The notes beneath the pieces are model-generated. The model did no database searches and had not been told where the DNA came from. It worked only from the letters and a program-made list of their open reading frames with translations. DNA of 64,000 nt from Negaprion brevirostris. Lineage: Eukaryota. Numbering within the stretch: position 1 is the stretch's first letter; each line of letters opens with the position of its first letter. The stretch lies in contig JARDVH010000110.1 in the NCBI GenBank assembly GCA_030324005.1, forward strand, positions 40,563,308 through 40,627,307, written 5' to 3'. The translations under genes were made by a program, and so were the position numbers. Below are positions 50,756 to 62,460 of this stretch, in pieces.

Positions 50756-51499
50756 GTACATCCAAGCAGAAGTCCAGTCCCCTGCAGGTAGCGGAACAGG
50801 ATGTCCAGCCCTTCCACGAGTACCAGCCTTTAGAATGCATTGTGGAAGAGACGGAAGGCAAGCTGACAGAGCTGGGACAAAGAATTAACGCAATTGAGAA
50901 GGCACAATTGAAGTCACTAGAGTTGATTCAGGGAGACACTTTAACCAAAGACAAGATAGAAGAACTAAAAAAGAGCAGAGAAGAGCAAGTCCAGAAGAAG
51001 AAAAAGATTTTGAAAGAGCTGCAAAAAGTTGAAAGGGAATTGCAGCTGAAAACTCAGCAGCAGTTTACCAAAGAGTACTTGGAAGCCAAGGGTCAACAGC
51101 AGACACTTCAGCTCCAGCAACAACAGCAGCAGCAATGCCCACAAGGAGGACTGTTCCCCCAGGTGGGGACTGGTGACTGTCTGCCAGAGGAAGACTTTTC
51201 AAAGTTGCCTCAGGTGGACACCATCTTGCACAGAGATGGCCAGCAGCAGCCACCTGCAACCCAAATGGGGTTTGTTCCTATCCAACCTTTAGCAACACAA
51301 GTGTCTCCAAACTTTACTAGTTCTGTTTATCCTATCACTAACGTACCTGATCTACAGAGAGTAATTGTGAACCAGCCTTTGTTAGGACAGGCACAACTTG
51401 CTGGACTTGGACAGGGACTCTTAGCTCAAGCACCTGATGGATTAATGGTTGCAACTCCAGCACAGACGCTAACTGACACTCTTGATGACATCATGGCAG
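50756..51499 (+). CDS. ANKHD1: ANKHD1 large linker exon (~exon 15), 744 nt, phase 1-1 symmetric: GTSKQKSS...coiled coil/Q-rich...TLTDTLDDIMA
   Basis: CTTAG|G acceptor, CAG|GTGGGT donor; ORF 50653..51558; conserved KDKIEELKK.REEQVQKKKKILKELQKVE segment. Confidence 0.95.
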
Positions 51500-53348
51500 G
51501 TGGGTTAAGAATTGGTCAACTTTACCTTTTACTTTTGCTCACATCTACTAGCTTTTAGGTACAAATGGACTTTTTGTTAGATCCATTGAGACACTGAACT
51601 ATACATTTAACAGCACACTAATGCTTTAATCAAACTGTTGCAATAGCAAGGCTGTTTAAGCCAACTGACTAATGCCATACCTTTTCAAATAGTTCTTGAT
51701 TTTTAAAATGCATATGTTGGAAGTGCAGAGAAGGTAATCATCTGAAAGCAAAAATAAGACTAATGTTTTAACTATTCATCACAACTAAAGAGCCCTTCTG
51801 AGAACCAAATCTCAACTGTTAACTTTTTTCTATCAGATGCTTGTTAACTTGCTGTGCATTGTCAGCACTTTTATTTCAAATTTCCAGATTTCATGTGATT
51901 TATAATTTTTCATTGACACTTTTATAAGATGAAAAATAAAGTGGGTTTGAAATCACAGACATTAACTTTAAAATGCAATCAGTTTATTTTTGCTAGAAAT
52001 GGACATGTTTTGCCATTTACATAAATGCATGGGGCAGGATCTCAATTTTTGATTACCCTTCTGCCCCTTTGACCTTTTTGTGGTAATTTTGTAACTGCCT
52101 ATCATTTTTATTAACCATTGTCCTGCGATTGTTTAATCCATATGAAGTTGAAATAGAGTACCGTACAACTTGGACAGTTTTATTTCATGTTTTGTCACTG
52201 CAAAGCCAGTGCCTCTGAGTAATGTAATCTGGGACATATAGCTGCAGTTAAATTGGAATAAATCTGGGATTCAGCTTTGAATAAGAAACAACTCCAAGGA
52301 GACTATTTCACACCTATGGCTTTGCACCAGCTTAAACCTGGCTGCCAAAAACTATTCCAGCCAACCACTAGCTTAAAAATATAGTATTTTATCTTTTAAT
52401 ATTATTCACCGGCTGTTTGTCTTATTGTAGAGTGAACAGTGAAGCTCACTTACTCTATAATTGCAGGTACTACCATTAAACAATATAAATGGAGCACTTC
52501 CATTAAAAGTTAAAAATCAAAAACTATATATATATTTATATACCAAAACTGAGCCTCTTGTTTCTTACAAAGCTGATATTCTTCAAGAACTCTTGTAAGG
52601 TATTACCATCTTCTAATCCAAATGCTTTTCTCTTAAAAATATGATCTGAAATGAATCGATTCTCTCTCTTCTGAGTTAACCATTTTATGAAGGGCTAAGC
52701 AACTATGTAATTTTATAAAATGGACAAAACTTTAAAGCATTGTTTCATCAATCTGATCCTAGCCTTAAGAGTTAAGGTAGTTTGTCATTTGATGGAAGAT
52801 CTCGTTTGGAAATAACAACACAGTTGTTTTTTGTCAACTGTGGCGAATACTTTGTGTTATGACGTTGAATTGTGAAAATGTCAGAAGTTAGCCTTTTTTT
52901 AGTAGTGGTGTGCATAAATATGAAAAATTGAATGTTCATAAAATTTTGCAGAAAGTAGATTGAAGTCAACGTGATGCTAATTGAAATTTTTAGGCCATAT
53001 CTTCTAATATCACACTAATTTGAAGTGTCCAAGCAGAAAATAATTGAAATTACCACAGTAAAGTTTTCTAGATTCATAAATGTGGTTCTTTAATATCTGA
53101 TTATATTTGGTATTTGAAAAAATTTTGATTCAAAATTCCAAATATTAGATTTTGTAAATGGATATTTTTGGAAAGCTGCTGAATAGTTTAGTCATAAGGA
53201 ATGCAGTTTGCTTCTCAGACTTAATTGGATTTTAGTTCTAAACAGTGCCCGAGACTCAATCTTACTGAATTTTTAGTGAGCTCTTAGGTGGCCGATGATA
53301 AATGTTTGTAGTTTGTTTTTGTGCTATTGCTGCAATGGTAAATTATAA

Positions 53349-53367
53349 TAGTGGCACCTAGTGGTGG
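53349..53367 (-). promoter_or_regulatory. Candidate CTCF motif
   Basis: The minus strand reads CCACCACTAGGTGCCACTA against the consensus CCACYAGRKGGCRCTA, with one mismatch. Confidence 0.4.
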
Positions 53368-53919
53368 TATGATGACATTTGAGGATTTTGTTCTAAGCAA
53401 AATGTCTTTCACGACAATAAAAATGCAGCCAGTCACTGAGCAGAGTTAGGCCTAATCTCTTGTAATTTCATGTAGCTCTCTGCATACTAAATGTGTTGTG
53501 AATCTGTTAACTTGGGCCAAAGTTGTGAGAAAATGAGTTATGATATTTTTAAAATTCTAATTCTGCCAAATAAAAGGCAATTTCCTTTTGATAGCTGAAT
53601 TACGCTATTTGCAGAAACTTGGCATGGATACCAGTTACACTTAAAGTTTACTTTTTGCTGCGGCAGGAGAGGTGAGATTCCTGCTGCCCTCCTATGGAGA
53701 TGAGATTATCACTTTAAAGTATTTATTCTCTTCCTTGCATTGTCCTGTACCATTCATTATCTGCAGATAGGAAAGCTGAAATCAGCAACTGCAAGCCGCA
53801 CTGAAGATTCTGGGTAGGTAAAGGAGAAGACAGAATACAGTTCTTTTTTAATTGTTCTGATTAACTGGACTTGAAATTGAATTAAATTCAAAATGAATTG
53901 ATCCCTTTTTCAAAATCTA

Positions 53920-54270
53920 TAGTCTGCATTAAAACACTCCCAGATCAGGTACAGCACAATCAGATTAGAATAAGCTTCCTATCATCCTGTTTGTCAGCCT
54001 TGACTGCAGAAGAACACTCATTGCTTTTAACGATGTGACACTTTCTATGCTACTGATCCAAGTTTCTTGATGAGATTGCTATATTTGGGTACAATTTTGT
54101 ACTATGGTTCCTGTCCACTTTGAATTTGGACAGATGCTGCTTAAACTAATTTCACACAGGATCATTCCTGTGAACTGCAAAGGAGAATTTTTCATCCCAT
54201 CAGGCTGGAGCTGGACTTGAAGTCAGTTTCTAAAGTTCAAAAACTGAGATTTTATTCACTATTAGCCCTC
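53920..54270 (-). mobile_element. Ancient LF-SINE-like element
   Basis: Four colinear blocks resemble the reverse complement of the LF-SINE consensus as I recall it (see findings). Confidence 0.55.
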
Positions 54271-54874
54271 TTTGCCTATATCATTACAATTCAAGAGGCA
54301 AAATTAAACTAGCCTGTATTCTGGCATGTAATTGCTGTTGTGAATTTTTTTTTGCTGGAAAGTGCATGCTTTGATATAATTTCAGGTTAGAAGGCTCAGA
54401 TATGATTATTCCCATCATACACACGCACTTGCAGAAAAAGACTTGCATATTCTGTCCAGACTTGAGTACAAAGAATGGTCACTTAATAGAAAATTCAGGA
54501 CTGTTTGCCTGGTTTGGAGCAATGGATCCCATCCTGAATGGGAAGGGTACTGAAGGTTGTTTAATTTTGGCAATTTGTGAGAGACTCCTTTTGATCAGAC
54601 TTTCAATTCTGCAGGAGGGTAATTCCCTAGCAGTACTACTATAATTTGCAAAAGACAATATCAGTTACCCAAATATAATTGCGTTTTAATGCACTGACAA
54701 CGTGTGCTAGTAAAATAGTTTTTCTAATTCTTGCACAAGAAGCAAATTGGTGCTCAGACAGGCAGAAGCTATTGATCCATTTCCAATCCTGGAATTCAAG
54801 AAAGTCTTGGTGTGTGGATCCCAAGTTGAAGATCCAGTTCTCCCCATCACCTGGCTAGAAAATTAAAAATTTTG

Positions 54875-54965
54875 AACACCAAAACAGATTATCTGGCCAT
54901 TTGTCTTATTGTGTGGGGGAAGTTGTACAGATTGGCTGCAAAGTGTAGAAGTAACTATTTTCAAT
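54875..54965 (+). mobile_element. DeuSINE (SacSINE1/AmnSINE1-like) fragment
   Basis: AAACAGATTATCTGGCCATT...ATTG...GTGGG...ATTGGCTGC resembles the Deu-domain 3' region. Confidence 0.6.
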
Positions 54966-56559
54966 ATTTAGATCAATTTAGTTAACTTTTACACCCATTT
55001 TCTAAGAAAGATTGCAATGCAGCTCTTGTTTAGCTTGCAAACTCAATCCCCCAGGTTAATCTTTTTTACTATTCAGTTAAAAATTTATTGGTTTTTAATT
55101 TATTTGTTTGCCTTTTTGGAAAGGGTGATTAAGAAAAGATTTTCCATTTTGATACGCAATTTTTGAATAGTGCTTGTAGCAGCAGCAGTTTTTAAAAAAA
55201 CATTTTAAATTTCTTTCTGCACTTTTATTTATACTGAAGACTACTGAAAAACATACACAAAACTGAAACATTTTAATTCAGAAAAACTGTGGAAAATATA
55301 TCTTTCAAACCTCTTTTGTAACCGTATTTTATTCAGAGTTTGCAAATGTCAATGGTATTATTTTCACTTGCACTATGTAGGTGTTTTGTAAATAAACCCT
55401 GTCTTTTGACCATTTTTCCCACCAAATTGACCAGTTGTTAATCTCCAAGTGTGAGGAAATTTTATGCCCTTTTGTCCTGGACTGATGTATCCAAATTTTC
55501 ATTTGCTTTACTTTCACTATTGAGTTAAATATTTTGTGCACATTTATTAAGTTTGTTCTGAGGTTTTTTTGAGGATGAAGAATCCTAGTTTATTGAGATA
55601 TTCCTTGGAAGCTTTTTCCCCTTTACCATTGGGGATCAGCCGTAACACAGACTCCAGGTTACAATAACTCACGTGACAATGTCAGGTATAGTAAATGAAG
55701 GAATTTTATACTTGGCTTGAATTCTGGAAATTTACATTTAACTGATTCAGTATCCCATTACTTTGTGTTTGTATTATTTGGACATAGTCAGTGTTAAATT
55801 AACAATCCCCTTTCGATCTCTTTCAACTCATTCTTTTACTCCTCTAGTGGTATGTTCTACACAACCTATGGGATACCATGTCTGTCCTCATTTCAAGTAT
55901 GAATTACGTTGCATTTGTCTTTATCGAGTTTCATTTTTCACCGATCATCTTGGGTCCAAATTTTATTTGTGACCTCTTAACTGCCTTGTTGCTTGGTGTC
56001 ATCTGAAAAAATTTCAATTACATTTTTGAGGAAAAGGAGGGATCCTGCTTTCAGCTCTAGCATTCCATATTTTTCCCACTCTATTGTGATCTGACTCCTG
56101 TTAACTAATTCAGTTCATTGTTTGTATCCAGTCACTTAATTTGTAAAGGTGTTTTTCATGTAGTACTTTACAGTAGGCCTTTTGAAGTAGAGAACTCTGC
56201 CATATGCCTTATTTCCCTCCCCAGAGTTTGATGCAGAACAACATTAGTTGAGAAAGGAAGGTCTCAAGTTTAGCTCTTGTCTTGTACTGAGTTCATTAAT
56301 CTCAGCAAGGAAGCAATAATCTGTATAAGGCAGAGTATACATTAGCCAGGATACTAACTCTGAAGTTTGAGTACCTTGTGGAAATGCTCATCTGTTCATG
56401 TGGGGCTGAGCAGTGAAGCTGCACATAGTCAGGTATCCTGCTATTTGTCCATACTTGCTGAAGCATAACATTTTAGATGACATACTGGAGACTTAACATC
56501 CTCTTGAAGGAAAGATCTTCAGCGTGTGAAACCCTTTATTTTGGGAGAAAAGGGCTTCA

Positions 56560-56690
56560 TAGCAATTGAAGTACTTTTGAAGTGTAGGCAAATACAGTAG
56601 CCAATATTCATCATAAAGACCCCACAAAAACAAATGCGATAAATGACCAGTTATCTTGCTTTTGGTGATTTTTAAGTGCAGCGCTATTAG
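56560..56690 (-). mobile_element. DeuSINE fragment, antisense
   Basis: GAAGTACTTTTGAAGTGTAG...AGCCAAT...CCCACAAA...AATGACCAGTTATCT is the reverse complement of the same Deu-domain region. Confidence 0.6.
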
Positions 56691-57084
56691 CCAGTAATAT
56701 TGTTATTATCGGGGTCATTGCCCTGATTTGGACCTTCAAGCCTGAAAAAAATGGTGATTATTGGCACATTGACCACCAAGAATATCACAATCTAGCCCAC
56801 TGTCTGTGCTAGTACTCTTCCAGCAGATAGTGATCAGAATGCTTTTTTTCCTCAACTAAATAAACTACGTACTCTCTGCCCCCATCTCACCCAAAGATAT
56901 GATATACTCATAGATGCTGAGGTATAATTGCAGGGATATACTTGGATTCTTAAGAATGAGGTGAAAATTTGTAGCTTTTTGGTTTGCTTAGTTCAGTAAA
57001 TGTTACATCAATCTACTGTCTTATTGGAGACCCATATTTTCAATATTTAAATTGCATTATTAGGTATTCATTTATTGGAATTGT

Positions 57085-57735
57085 CAGTCATTCAGTACAG
57101 AAGAGGCCCTTTAGCCCATAGTCGTCACTGACAAAATTACACTAAATTTACACAAATCCCACTTTCCAGTGCGTGGGCTATGGCNNNNNNNNNNNNNNNN
57201 NNNNNNNNNNNNNNNNNNNNNNNNNNNNNNNNNNNNNNNNNNNNNNNNNNNNNNNNNNNNNNNNNNNNNNNNNNNNNNNNNNNNNNNNNNNNNNNNNNNN
57301 NNNNNNNNNNNNNNNNNNNNNNNNNNNNNNNNNNNNNNNNNNNNNNNNNNNNNNNNNNNNNNNNNNNNNNNNNNNNNNNNNNNNNNNNNNNNNNNNNNNN
57401 NNNNNNNNNNNNNNNNNNNNNNNNNNNNNNNNNNNNNNNNNNNNNNNNNNNNNNNNNNNNNNNNNNNNNNNNNNNNNNNNNNNNNNNNNNNNNNNNNNNN
57501 NNNNNNNNNNNNNNNNNNNNNNNNNNNTGCATCCCCTCCAGTACTATCACATCTTTCCTGTACTGAAGTGACCAGAATTGCGCACGCTATACCAGCTGTG
57601 GCCTAACCAAAATTTTGTACTGCTTAAACATAACCTCCCCACTCTTATAATCTTATGCCAAGACTGATAACGGCAAGTGACCCATATGCCACCTTAACTA
57701 CCCTATTAACCTGTCTTGCTGCCTTCAGGGATCTT
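57085..57735 (-). mobile_element. CR1 LINE 3' fragment spanning a gap
   Basis: CR1 tail AGTACAGAAGAGGCCCTTTAGCCCAT; antisense YKILVRPQLV motif near 57590-57625. Confidence 0.7.
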
Positions 57736-59529
57736 TACTATCATGTGGAAAATGACAAGCTGAGTCGCACTTATTTTGCATTTAATTCTTGTGTAGTTGT
57801 CAGTTTTGGATTGGGCCGCCAGACCACCTTCAGGAATAATATCTGGCATTGGGACAGCAACTTGAAATTTCAACAATTGCATATTGTGCCTAAGAATTAT
57901 ATAAATCAGTCTGCTTTAGTTGGACTTCTATTTTCAGGTGATTTGGAGGAAATGAGAGAATTTTCCCATCCAAACAATATTTCCATCTGAGAAAAACTGC
58001 ATCAAAGAATTCTTGTAGTTTTGTCATCCCACAAAAGTAACTGAAAAGTAACTGCATTTTTTTGTTCCTAAACGATATGAATTCAGCAACAGAAGAAATC
58101 TGCAACATCTGAACTTTGGCATTCCTAATGTACCACCTTTTTAATATAAGATTGTAAATGGATACATTTGATCTCGTGGCAACTAAGTCATCAAAATGAG
58201 CTGGAGATTGTGGTTTATGAACAAAATTTGATGAACAGGCCTAATCGACAAAAAAAGACACACCTTTTCATCGTTCTACCCATTCTAATGTCAAACTTTT
58301 TTTCCTAAGATTAGTTATAAAACAGTTGGTGAGAAGTTGGGGTAAAGTGGAGGAGCCCCTCACTGACTCGTGTCATCCTTGTGATGGTGCAGTGGAAAAG
58401 ATCTGGCATCCCTAAAATGTCACAACTGTAAAAATTCAACCCCATGCCTGTATTCCTATGGAGCAAAGAGACAATTTCTAGCAGATTTTACCTAGTTCCC
58501 ACTGTATACCTCTCAAACCCTTGGGAATCCAGCATTGTGATCTAACTCAGTCGTCAAGAAGGGATGAAGTCAACTTGAAGTAGTCAGGCCACCATCTTGT
58601 ACATCCAGTTTCCAAATGAAAGGGATCAGTTCACTAAAAATTTTCAGTGCGAGCTTTTTGTGTTAACAATTTTCAACAAAACAAAAGGTATAAAGTGAAT
58701 TTTGGCATTTGAATGGAGTCCAGGATAATTGGATGGTTGCACAAAATGAACTAATTTGGGTTTCCTTACATGAAACCACGTAGATCCTCTAAATTATTTT
58801 GCTTCCAGATTAGAGCACTTGTTTACAGGGCAGTGAATACCGTAATTGTTTCAATTGCAGCAACTGTAAAGACCATTTGACTGACACTTTCCTTTGTAAT
58901 TGTGATTTTAAAAAAGTGTTTGACTTTTCAGCTTAACCAAAGAGACCTAGAGCTGAACAATTATTGTAGAACTTGTGGAAGTTTTTATTAGAATATTAAT
59001 ATTCTTTATTTCCACCGTGCAAATTCTGTTGCTATGCATTCAACTTTTTTGTTTCATAATTTGAAAGTCCTCAGATTTTCATGTTAGAAACTTGCTGGTT
59101 ATTTCAGGAGCAAGGTTAAAAAAGTGCCATCCCTGACAGAATTTGGGTTGTAGTTTGAAGCCATTAAACATCTTGAATGGAAATTCTTCAATTTTCTGTA
59201 GTTTCTAAATATGTTGCCTCTTCATTTCAGTATGTTATGTGATACTGTTTTGTAAAATTACTGGCACAATAATGGAATAACCTTCTGAGGCACTGTTGGC
59301 CTATGTTCAATTTTTATTGAACACTTTCAATATTACATTTTAAACAATGATAGAGTCTTATTTCTTAATTATTCAATTCTGGTTTATATTTGTAAAATGC
59401 TGAAAGTGGCACTATTATAAATTATGTTCTCACTTTCCAGAATGTGCTCAGTCTTTGGTTGCATGCATCTAGCAAAATTCTATAGCTCTTTCTCATTTTG
59501 AGGAAATGACAACTGATTTTGTTTTGCAG

Positions 59530-59678
59530 CAGTGAGTAGTAGAATGCCTTCTGGACCGAATCCTCCTTCCCACACTACAACACCCCCTACTCCTCAGCCT
59601 CGCACTCAAACTCCCAGTCCAGTTGTTTCTCCTTCATCAATGCTGCCTCTCTATCCTTCAGTTGAAATTGACGCACAG
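59530..59678 (+). CDS. ANKHD1: ANKHD1 coding exon (~exon 16), 149 nt: AVSSRMPSGPNPPSHTTTPPTPQPRTQTPSPVVSPSSMLPLYPSVEIDAQ
   Basis: TTTTGCAG|CAG acceptor (NAGNAG), CAG|GTAAAC donor. Confidence 0.92.
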
Positions 59679-59834
59679 GTAAACAGTCCATAAACATGTA
59701 ATACACCACGCAATAGTAAAATCAAATTTTTTGAGCATTTTATGAACAATATATACAGTATTTTAAATGCAGCTGATGCTTGAGATGCTAAGATTTGGAT
59801 GGTTATTTTACAAAATGAGTATGTCTTAAGATTA

Positions 59835-61100
59835 TGGCCAGATATCAGTAATAGGGAAAATGCTAGAATCTATTAAGTGAATGATATTGGGGCATTTAGA
59901 AAATCTCAACATGAATGCTCAGAGCCTTCACAGAGTTACGAAAAGGAAATTGTTTAGAAAATTTCTATTTTTGGTGATGTGGGTGAGGGAGAAGCGATAG
60001 ATGTAGCGTATTTGATTTTTCCTTCCAGTAAGATGCCGCGGAAGAGTTATTACACAAAATTGGGGCTTGGGGTAATTTATTAGCACGGATTGAGGAATGG
60101 TTAACCAACAGAGAGTAGAGTAGGAGTACTTGGGTTATTTTTGGATTGGTAGATAGTGAGTAACCAGTAGAGCATAAGAATCAGTGCTTGGGCCTCAGCT
60201 ATTTACAGTTTGTATCAGTAACATGAGTGTAATGCATACAATTTTGCTGCTGATGGGAAAATGGGCTGTGATGACAATGAGACTGCTAAGGATTTAGATT
60301 AAATGTGCAATAATATGATTGATGGAGTACAATGTGGAAAAATGTAAAATTGGAATTTTGGTTGGAATAATCAAACTGATTCTTAAAAAAAAATTGAAAT
60401 ACATTTCAGAAGGATCTGGATGTCCTTGTACACGAACCACAAAGTTTGATGTGTGTGTACATCAAGTGCTTAGGAAAGAAAATGGCATGTTAGACTTGAA
60501 AGGATTGAACTTTAGTGGTGAAGTCCTTATTGCATTTGTGTATAGGGCCTTGATGAGATACCTGGGCCTTTTTTGTGCAGCTTTAGCCTCCTATCCAAGG
60601 AAAGATATACTTACCTTGAAGTGAGTACAACAAAGATTCACTGGACTGTAATGAGGATTATGCTTGGAAGGAAAATTGAGTAGACTAGGCCTGTATTCCC
60701 TTGCGTGTAGGAGGATAAGAGGTGATCCAACTAAACTTATAGAATTCTGAAGAAACATGATAGAATAGATGTTGGGAAGATGTTTCCCCTTGTTGGAGAG
60801 TCTAGAAGGGTCACAGACTTCGAATGTCCAGCCAACCCTTTATGACTGAGATGAGAAATTTTCTTCACCGAGTGCTGTGAGCCTTTATAATTCTTTGAGA
60901 TTTGTGAATCCTTAATCATAGAATATATTTAAGTTAGAGATCATCAGATTCTTAGATACTTGAGGAATCAAAGGATATGAGAATTGTGCTGGAAGGTGTG
61001 ACTTGAGACAGAAGATAAGTTATGATCCTACTGAGTGACAGGGCAATCTTGGTGGGACCCACTACTCCAATTGGCTCACTTCTCCAATTTCTTGCATTTT
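59835..61100 (+). mobile_element. Degraded CR1 LINE 3' portion
   Basis: ORF 60319..60624 MEYNVEKCK...VYRALMRYL...YPRKDILTL; SVLGPQLF remnant. Confidence 0.8.
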
Positions 61101-61191
61101 ATGAATGTTAATGACTTTTGTAAATATTACTGCTTCCACATTATATAGTTGATTGAACTTTCATTGTTCAATGTCCTTTCTTTCTATATAG

Positions 61192-61303
61192 ACTGAGAGT
61201 AACCATGATACTGCATTAACATTGGCGTGCGCTGGGGGACACGAAGAACTTGTTTCAGTTTTAATAGCTCGTGGTGCTAACATTGAACACAGGGATAAAA
61301 AAG
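61192..61303 (+). CDS. ANKHD1: ANKHD1 coding exon (~exon 17), 112 nt: TESNHDTALTLACAGGHEELVSVLIARGANIEHRDKK
   Basis: Poly-Y TAG acceptor, AAG|GTATGC donor; start of the second ankyrin cluster. Confidence 0.95.
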
Positions 61304-61649
61304 GTATGCATCAATTTGCCAGTTAGATCAGCTTTCATTTAATGGAGTGACGTAGACAAGATCTTGAAGCTGCTGAGTTCAGTAGTGAGTATACGTTTGT
61401 AAGTATACATGTAGTCCAGCATAATGGGGAATCTTATTCTTGGATAGTGTTGAGAAATCATGTATTGATTGCTAATTGCACGCTTTACAAGGATAAAGCT
61501 GGTTGATTTACACAGGTATCATTGTATCAGCTGAATGCAGCTCCATTTATCAGGAAGGTTCTTTTGCTTATGATTTAACCACCTTTTCAGTTTTTCCTCC
61601 TGCCTTAAAAATTCTTAATTATTTTTATGATTACTCCTTGGGATATGAA

Positions 61650-62095
61650 CCCGATTGTCATCAAGAAGGTGGCGGTAGTGAACCACCACCTTGAATTACT
61701 GCAGTCCATGTACTGTAGGTGCACCCACAATTCTTCTTCCTTTTATCCTGTAGAAATTTAATATCTGTATGGCTTGCTACGTCATTTGAGTGCCTTCAGG
61801 AATCAACCATATTACTCTGGGTTGTATGTTTACTAGGCCAGGTAAGATTTAGGGTTAAGGTTAGGCTAACCCTAACCCTCTTACTGACATTAATGAACCA
61901 GGTGCGTTTTTAACAAGAATCCCAGTAATTTCATGATCATTATCAATAAGACTATTTTATTCCAGGATTTATTAATTAATTGAATCTAAATTCATCAGCT
62001 GTCTTGATGGGATTTGTACCTAACAGTCCAGAGCAGTGGTCCAGGAGCCTGGATTACTTGTCCAGTAACATTACTATTAAGCTACTGTGTTCCCT
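61650..62095 (-). mobile_element. CR1/L2-clade tail and SINE remnant carrying a telomeric insert
   Basis: Homologous to 41440-41590 and 18530-18645 (AATCAACCA...GGCCAGGTAAG...GACATTAATGAACCAG). Confidence 0.55.
61849..61879. repeat. Short head-to-head interstitial telomere-like repeat, TTAGGGTTAAGGTTAG-G-CTAACCCTAACCCT
   Basis: 14-bp inverted repeat with 1 mismatch and a 1-nt spacer, built from TTAGGG/CCCTAA units. Confidence 0.8.
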
Positions 62096-62309
62096 TGTGT
62101 TGTTTAATTTTGCAAAAATGGGATGTTCATTTGGAGGATGGAAATCATGATCGTGTTTTGAAGCTATGAATCTGACCACCATACTTTCCATACCAGGAAA
62201 TGCATATAGGCCAAATTTGCGCGCACTTTGATACCTTTGGTCAAATGGTTTGCATCCATGCTATAAACTGATTCATACTAGTATTTATATTCAAGTTTAT
62301 TTTCTTTCC

Positions 62310-62460
62310 AACAAAAACAGAAAACGCTGGCAAATCTCAGCAGGTCTGTGGAAAGAGAACATTTCGAATCTGGATGAGTTTTTGTCAAGAGTTGAAGGCA
62401 ATTGGAAGTAGGATGAGATTTATACTGTTGTGAAGGGGATTGAAAACAGGAAAAGATTTG
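62310..62460. repeat. Short interspersed repeat (AAAACAGAAAACGCTGGCAAATCTCAGCAGGTCTG...), possibly a Penelope-like terminal fragment; related copies at about 17680-17830, 42392-42485, 51770-51890 (reverse) and 63080-63170 (reverse)
   Basis: Repeated similarity within the window. The family assignment is tentative. Confidence 0.5.

Noticed and set aside
61665-61692. Hairpin AAGGTGGCGGT/ACCACCACCTT
   Set aside because: It lies within a LINE-tail remnant and is explained by the repeat.
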